64,000 nucleotides of DNA from Antedon mediterranea. Taxonomy: Eukaryota; Animalia; Echinodermata. This document shows positions 59,701 to 64,000 of the stretch, piece after piece. The stretch is taken from NCBI RefSeq assembly GCF_964355755.1, contig NC_092678.1, forward strand, positions 24,817,365 through 24,881,364, in the 5' to 3' direction. A program made the translations under genes and the position numbers. Within the stretch, counting starts at the first letter, position 1. Each line of letters begins with the position of its first letter. The notes under the pieces are model-generated. The model saw only the letters and a program-made list of their open reading frames with translations. It did not search any database and was not told where the DNA came from.

Positions 59701-62700
59701 TGAAATAAAATACGTTTTTTACATGTAGTGTAAACGTGCCTTTCAATGAATGTGTGCGATGCCGGCCAGGTAACCAGCAGTGACTACAATACGTTTCTTT
59801 TTTCAAACTTACATGTAGTGTAAACGGGCCTCTCTAGGAATGTGTACGATGCTAGATAACCAGTGTGAGCAATGCTGTAATCCGTGTGTAAGCGAAGCAG
59901 TAAAGAGTTCCCTTCAGATGTCCAGGAGAATGGCTCATGTCGACTACAAATACGTTCGGAATGGTCGTATTGAAAGACTGTGGACGTGTCGGTTACCTAA
60001 AATGAGACATGAAACGAATGATGAGCATATTCGTGAATCCAGTTGACGTGAAAAATACTATGTAAGCTAATGTATCGTAATTACATTTAAGAAGTCGTGT
60101 AGACATCCCATTGCCGTGGTCTGTTCAAGCCAAAACGTTGTAAACACAACTTGAATTCGGGAGTTGGATTTAACTTGAATGATCATGTCGCATTCGTCGT
60201 CATTGCGGTAGTTAGCTGGGTAGTTTGTGGTCTCTAACTCGTTGTTGCTACCAGATAACAGCACTTTATTGCATTCTGTAACAAAAAAACATCGTAAACA
60301 TCGTTTTTAAAATGTTATTCCACTCGGACGCCGCAATGCTAGGAGTCGCGCAATGCAACCGGGTTTACCAATCATAAGAATCATGGCGTTTCGTGATTGA
60401 TCAAATTACTTGGGTTGCTCGTATATTCTCGCTTTGCACGCGTGCGTCCCTGTGGGAACCAAGTCTTAAGCTCTGTCTACACTATCAAACTAGTTTGATG
60501 TGATGTGCCCAAATATGGTAGTGATATGACCTGTCCATTTTCTGTCACATAAAGTTGGATAGTGTAGACAACATTTTTGTGACGACAAAATGTGAGTGCC
60601 CATACGGACATGATGACTTTACCGGATGGTGGTGCTTTTAAAACCGATGTATATTCGACTTTGGTAGCGTGCTCATCCCTGAGAATATCAACGATAACCT
60701 CGTTACTGTCCGATATCCAGGACATCAATCCATTAAAGAATTCACAATCTATGTAGCTGCGACGTGTCGTTGAGTCCGTTATCTGTTTAGGAAAACAAAA
60801 GTTAGAATGCCATGGTTTTTTACACAAAGGACTAGTTACATTACTTGCCCAACCGGCGTTCCATAGGAAAACACTATAATACAGCAATGGGCACACTTAC
60901 GGTAATGCCGTCATCGACGCAGTCATGTTTCTCCTCAATGGTATGGAAGTAATTTAACACCAGGCGATAGTTCGGCAAAGTGCGTATAACTAGTTGATAC
61001 GTGTTTGTCCCATCCACAGATATTTCACCACTTTCTTCCTCCAACAAAACTATACAAGAAAATTTAAAAATATAATATACAGTACATAAAAATGTCTGAA
61101 CAGGTTATTAAATAGGCCACAAGTCACGTTAAATAGGCCGACAAGTCACGTTAAATAGGCCGACCAAGTCACGTTAAATAGGCCGACCAAGTCACGTTAA
61201 ATAGGCCGACCAAGTCACGTTAAATAGGCAGACCAAGTCACGTTAAATAGGCAGACCAAGTCACGTTAAATAGGCCGACCAAGTCACGTTACCTCGGATT
61301 CGATCTGATCTTGTAAGCAACTGCCAGTGTGCCAACATACGGGGTATTTTATCCTTACTGGCGAACACGCGTATAATCAATTCGTTGGTATCTGCCGTCC
61401 ATGAGAATGAGTGCGAGATTTCGCAGTAAGTGTCCGTTCGTTGAGTTGCAAGATCGGATACCTATAAAAAAAATGCATTATGATTAACATGTGAAGGTTC
61501 TTTATTACCACTTTTTAAAGTTTTTCCTAGTGACTTTCACAGTGGGCCGCGTCACTCTAAGCGCAGTCATTGTGCGCACGCTCAGATATGACGCAGAAGA
61601 CCTCTACATACCTGAATGCCACTATCGGAACAATTAAACACCTCATCGAATTCATCCACGGTTAATGTTATCCTGTTTGACGGGTTTGTATAAATGTAGA
61701 AAAAACATTCAACGTGCTTGGCATCTTTCACGGTGAAATCTGGTATTTCAATGTCTGTAACTTCGTATAGTCTTATGTAACAATCTGAAATTACAATTAT
61801 GTTATTTTATTATCGGTTATTCCTTTTCTTCAAATACATTTTAATATACCAAAGTCATTTTACTAACCCCTGACAAGCGGTCGTTGTATATGTCTAAACT
61901 GGGCTTTAAAACCAGTCGCTCCTGTGGTTTTTCGTCCACTACGGATAGTAACCGACACCTCATTGGCATCCGACGTCCAAGAGAAAAGTAACTGAAGTCC
62001 ACAAAACGAGTCCATACGACCGGTCCCTAGGTCTTTAACCTCAACATGGTCTTCTTCACACGGCTGGACATCAAAATCTGTGAAGTTTAGTGACACGAGG
62101 TTACCGGGCTCTGAATGAACTATGTAGCGGCATTCGGCGTTGGTGGAGTATGGAAGCGGGAAGTTTGGCGATTTTATGATTCCTGTTTGTTGGATGATTC
62201 GATGATCACAACCTGGAATATAATTTAGTAAACATGTTATTACAGACGTCGGTAAACATGTTATTACAGACGTCAGTAGCTTCATTTGTAGACCAAGAGT
62301 ATTAGAGCCTATTCATTTTAAATGGTTACCTTCAACACGTGAAAGCGAGAGATAAGCGGCTCTGAACACATTGTAGGTTGGAAAGGTGTTAATACGGAAC
62401 GTGATTGCGACAAGGTTTTGGTCAGATGTCCAGGTAAATAAATCGAATTCACCGCAGTATACATTCGTTCGACCAGTTGTTAGATCTTTGATCTTCAAGA
62501 AAGAGAAAAGTTCATTAATAACATCTATAATTGTTTTATGTTAACAAACTATCTTTGCTAAACTTACCTCCAAGAACTGTTCATCTGTACACGTAATTGT
62601 TTGGCGATTTCTATCTTGTTTTTCTCCAATCAAAAAGTCGGTGAATGTAACGAGAACACTATTTTCTGGAGCGATTTGGACGTAAATCGTACAGTCCTTT

Positions 62701-64000
62701 CCAATAATGTCGTCACGATTGTGTTCCAAAGACGAAATAGTTCCTTTACCGGATGTTAAGAATTGATTGAACACTGAAACAAACAAGCACAGGAATAATT
62801 ACTGTCGTTTTCATTTCATTTTCTGACTGCGGGAATATTGTGACCCATTTCCCTATTAAATTTTCTATTTAGTTGAACAAACGCCAAAGATCAGCCGACT
62901 TACCAGATACTTTTGGTCGTGGAATAAAACGGTAGGTCGCTTGAACTTTCGCAACCGATTTTGTATTTATTCTGAAATCCATAGAAATTTCATTCGATTC
63001 ACTTAACCAGGAAAACTCCCACAATGTTGAACAGAACTTGTCTTGTCGCTTTGTCGTCACGTCTTGGATCTGCAAAAGAAAAGTTAGAAAACGTAATATA
63101 CTTTGCCTATGCATCGTTTTTAGAGAAGCATGCATCCGGGTTCCGTTGACAAGAGTCTCCAAGTATTATTTTGGAACCTCCTCTCATAGTTTACGGTTGT
63201 TGTGTGCAAGTGAGATTGGTTCAATACGACCAGAACAAAGAGTGAAAAGGTCGTTAAAATCTAAAATCAAATATAAACCACCTCTCACAAATGACTGAAA
63301 ACCAGGGAATAGGGCCTGATACGACTAATTAAAAATAATGCATTGGATAAACAAACATGTTCTTACAGTGATTGAGTGTTCCGAGCAAACACCTCTCTCC
63401 ATTGTCAGTGTATGGAACGTCAACAGGATATGTTCGTGTGGAGAGCTACGTATAACAACGTTACAATGACTGTTGTCGCGTTGCTTGGAGAATGGCCAGC
63501 TAATAGAACCAGATGGTTCAGTTAACAGAAGTTGACATCCTGAAAAGATGAAAAACTGTCAGTAAGTGGATACCACTACTAACTAACATTAACACTAACT
63601 AACAAAACACTAGTTATAGTTCATTGGTTAATTAAACTAACACTAACAAAACATTAGTTATAGTTACTTCATTGGTTAATTATGGATTACCTTTCTCTGG
63701 TCTTGGTATTGTCTCATAATCAACAATAAATGACACTGATGAGATCTCATTTTCATCGCGGATGAAGATTGCAAGTTCGTTGCCGGAACTAGTCCAGGAA
63801 AACTGACTCAAATGACCAGTGTACCTCCCTTTGCGGCTTTCTCCGTCCACGATGTCGTAAATCTGTTGATGAAAACATTGGTATATTTTATTTCGATTTC
63901 AACTCAATGTGTTTTATATTCTGGAAATGTAAATGTAAACACTTTACCTCTACGTAATCTTTATCGGAATCCAAGTCCGATACGGCAAAGCTGACGAATT
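55406..64000 (-). CDS. Multi-CUB-domain (cubilin-like) extracellular protein, 3' part with at least 11 CUB domains; 5' end lies outside the window
   Basis: Twenty-one exons in phase: 63948-64000+, 63691-63862, 63367-63539, 62904-63069, 62568-62773, 62330-62492, 61868-62212, 61612-61784, 61293-61461, 60901-61049, 60623-60782, 60085-60275, 59813-59996, 59435-59625, 59135-59303, 58572-58753, 57684-57858, 57277-57470, 56861-57029, 56536-56747, 55406-55813. CUB motifs are SPxFPxxYxNNxxC, FxxFxLE, CxxDYV, CG and FxSD..GF. Confidence 0.92.
56275..56350 (+). mobile_element. L2-type LINE/SINE 3' end
   Basis: GCGCCTTGAGC...GCGCTATAAAAAT followed by (TTA)n. Confidence 0.65.
56861..57470 (-). CDS. CUB domain 10 (exons 57277-57470 and 56861-57029)
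   Basis: STPDYPSNYDNNLDC..DFELE..CSDFVQ | ..LCG..FHSDGSNTYRGFKAMY. Confidence 0.92.
57684..58753 (-). CDS. CUB domain 9 (exons 58572-58753 and 57684-57858)
   Basis: GTFHSPSFPAKYPNNLDC..FELE..CTNDYVE | ..YCG..TGFLATY. Confidence 0.92.
57947..58435. mobile_element. Kolobok-type non-autonomous DNA transposon
   Basis: TTAA TSDs; AGATGTATTG...CAATACATCT termini starting with purines. Confidence 0.78.
58440..58569. mobile_element. MITE family A copy abutting a CUB exon splice donor
   Basis: GGCTCTGTCTACAC...GTGTAGACAGACT. Confidence 0.8.
58820..58989. repeat. Intronic imperfect palindrome (46-bp core arms, 7-nt loop)
   Basis: GCATGGTGGGAAGG...CGCGTACGTAC-GTTGTTT-GTACGTACGCG...CCTTCCCATCATGC. 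Confidence 0.85.
58990..59126. repeat. 24-bp repeat, about 5 copies
   Basis: CATAATCTTATGCAAGGAGTATGT. Confidence 0.85.
59135..59625 (-). CDS. CUB domain 8 (exons 59435-59625 and 59135-59303)
   Basis: GVIQSPN..YENNQLC..CERDYVK | ..ICG..FVTD..NGFNATY. Confidence 0.88.
59813..60275 (-). CDS. CUB domain 7 (exons 60085-60275 and 59813-59996)
   Basis: TTNYPANYRNDDEC..FWLE..CLHDFL | ..IC..HTDYSIAHTGYLASY. Confidence 0.88.
60310..60465. mobile_element. Harbinger-type MITE family B (related pieces at ~55205-55319 and 57140-57215)
   Basis: Degenerate TIR resembling AGCTTGGTTCCCACTAGGACGCAACGCA, shared among the three sites. Confidence 0.6.
60469..60570. mobile_element. MITE family A, internally deleted copy
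   Basis: TIRs present after TTA. Confidence 0.8.
60623..61049 (-). CDS. CUB domain 6, divergent (exons 60901-61049 and 60623-60782)
   Basis: LEEESGEISV..HDCVDDGIT | ITD..DC..SWISDSNEV; lacks the first Cys pair. Confidence 0.75.
61089..61292. repeat. 23-bp repeat, about 9 copies, starting at a CUB splice donor
   Basis: TTAAATAGGCCGACCAAGTCACG. Confidence 0.92.
61293..61784 (-). CDS. CUB domain 5, divergent (exons 61612-61784 and 61293-61461)
   Basis: DCYIRL..EC..| VSDL..YC..FSWTADTNEL. Confidence 0.8.
61868..62212 (-). CDS. CUB domain 4 (single exon)
   Basis: GCDH..GIIKSPNFPLPYSTNAEC..FTDFDVQ..FCG..TGFKAQF. Confidence 0.92.
62330..62773 (-). CDS. CUB domain 3 (exons 62568-62773 and 62330-62492)
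   Basis: GTISS..DCTIYV..FTDF..C..FLE | IKDL..YCG..WTSDQN. Confidence 0.85.
62904..63539 (-). CDS. CUB domain 2 (exons 63367-63539 and 62904-63069)
   Basis: GCQLLLTEPSGSISWP..C..| IQDV..FC..FSWLSESNE. Confidence 0.85.
63691..64000 (-). CDS. CUB domain 1 (partial; exons 63948-64000 and 63691-63862)
   Basis: ...DKDYVE | IYDIVDGESRKGRYTG..FSWTSSGNEL. Confidence 0.8.

Noticed and set aside
55406-64000. Naming the CUB gene CUBN or a tolloid/BMP1 gene
   Set aside because: No EGF, astacin or N-terminal domains are visible, and the tail is atypical; orthology cannot be supported.

Overview
This is AT-rich eukaryotic genomic DNA with GT-AG introns. A Deu-domain SINE and a vertebrate-like DMTF1 suggest an invertebrate deuterostome, but that is inference. 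I reconstructed two spliced minus-strand genes lying head-to-tail. (1) A DMTF1 gene (cyclin D-binding Myb-like transcription factor) runs about 46-49 kb from ATG 53844 to three candidate terminal exons (stops at 8317, 7621 or 4623), with 15 phase-consistent core coding exons and about 660-710 aa. (2) The 3' part of a multi-CUB-domain gene (55406-64000+) has at least 11 CUB domains, a VTTPRR-repeat tail and a terminal CWGYFC. The introns hold many mobile elements: a near-intact CR1/L2-group LINE with one homopolymer frameshift, an 11-copy Harbinger-type MITE family, other Harbinger-, Kolobok-, hAT- and Tc1/mariner-type MITEs, a foldback element, tRNA- and Deu-type SINEs, and degenerate hammerhead-like motifs. 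They also hold many tandem arrays, several apparently seeded from retroposon or transposon ends. I found no prokaryotic systems, CRISPR arrays, rRNA or intact tRNA genes. Homology statements come from recalled family motifs, not database searches.
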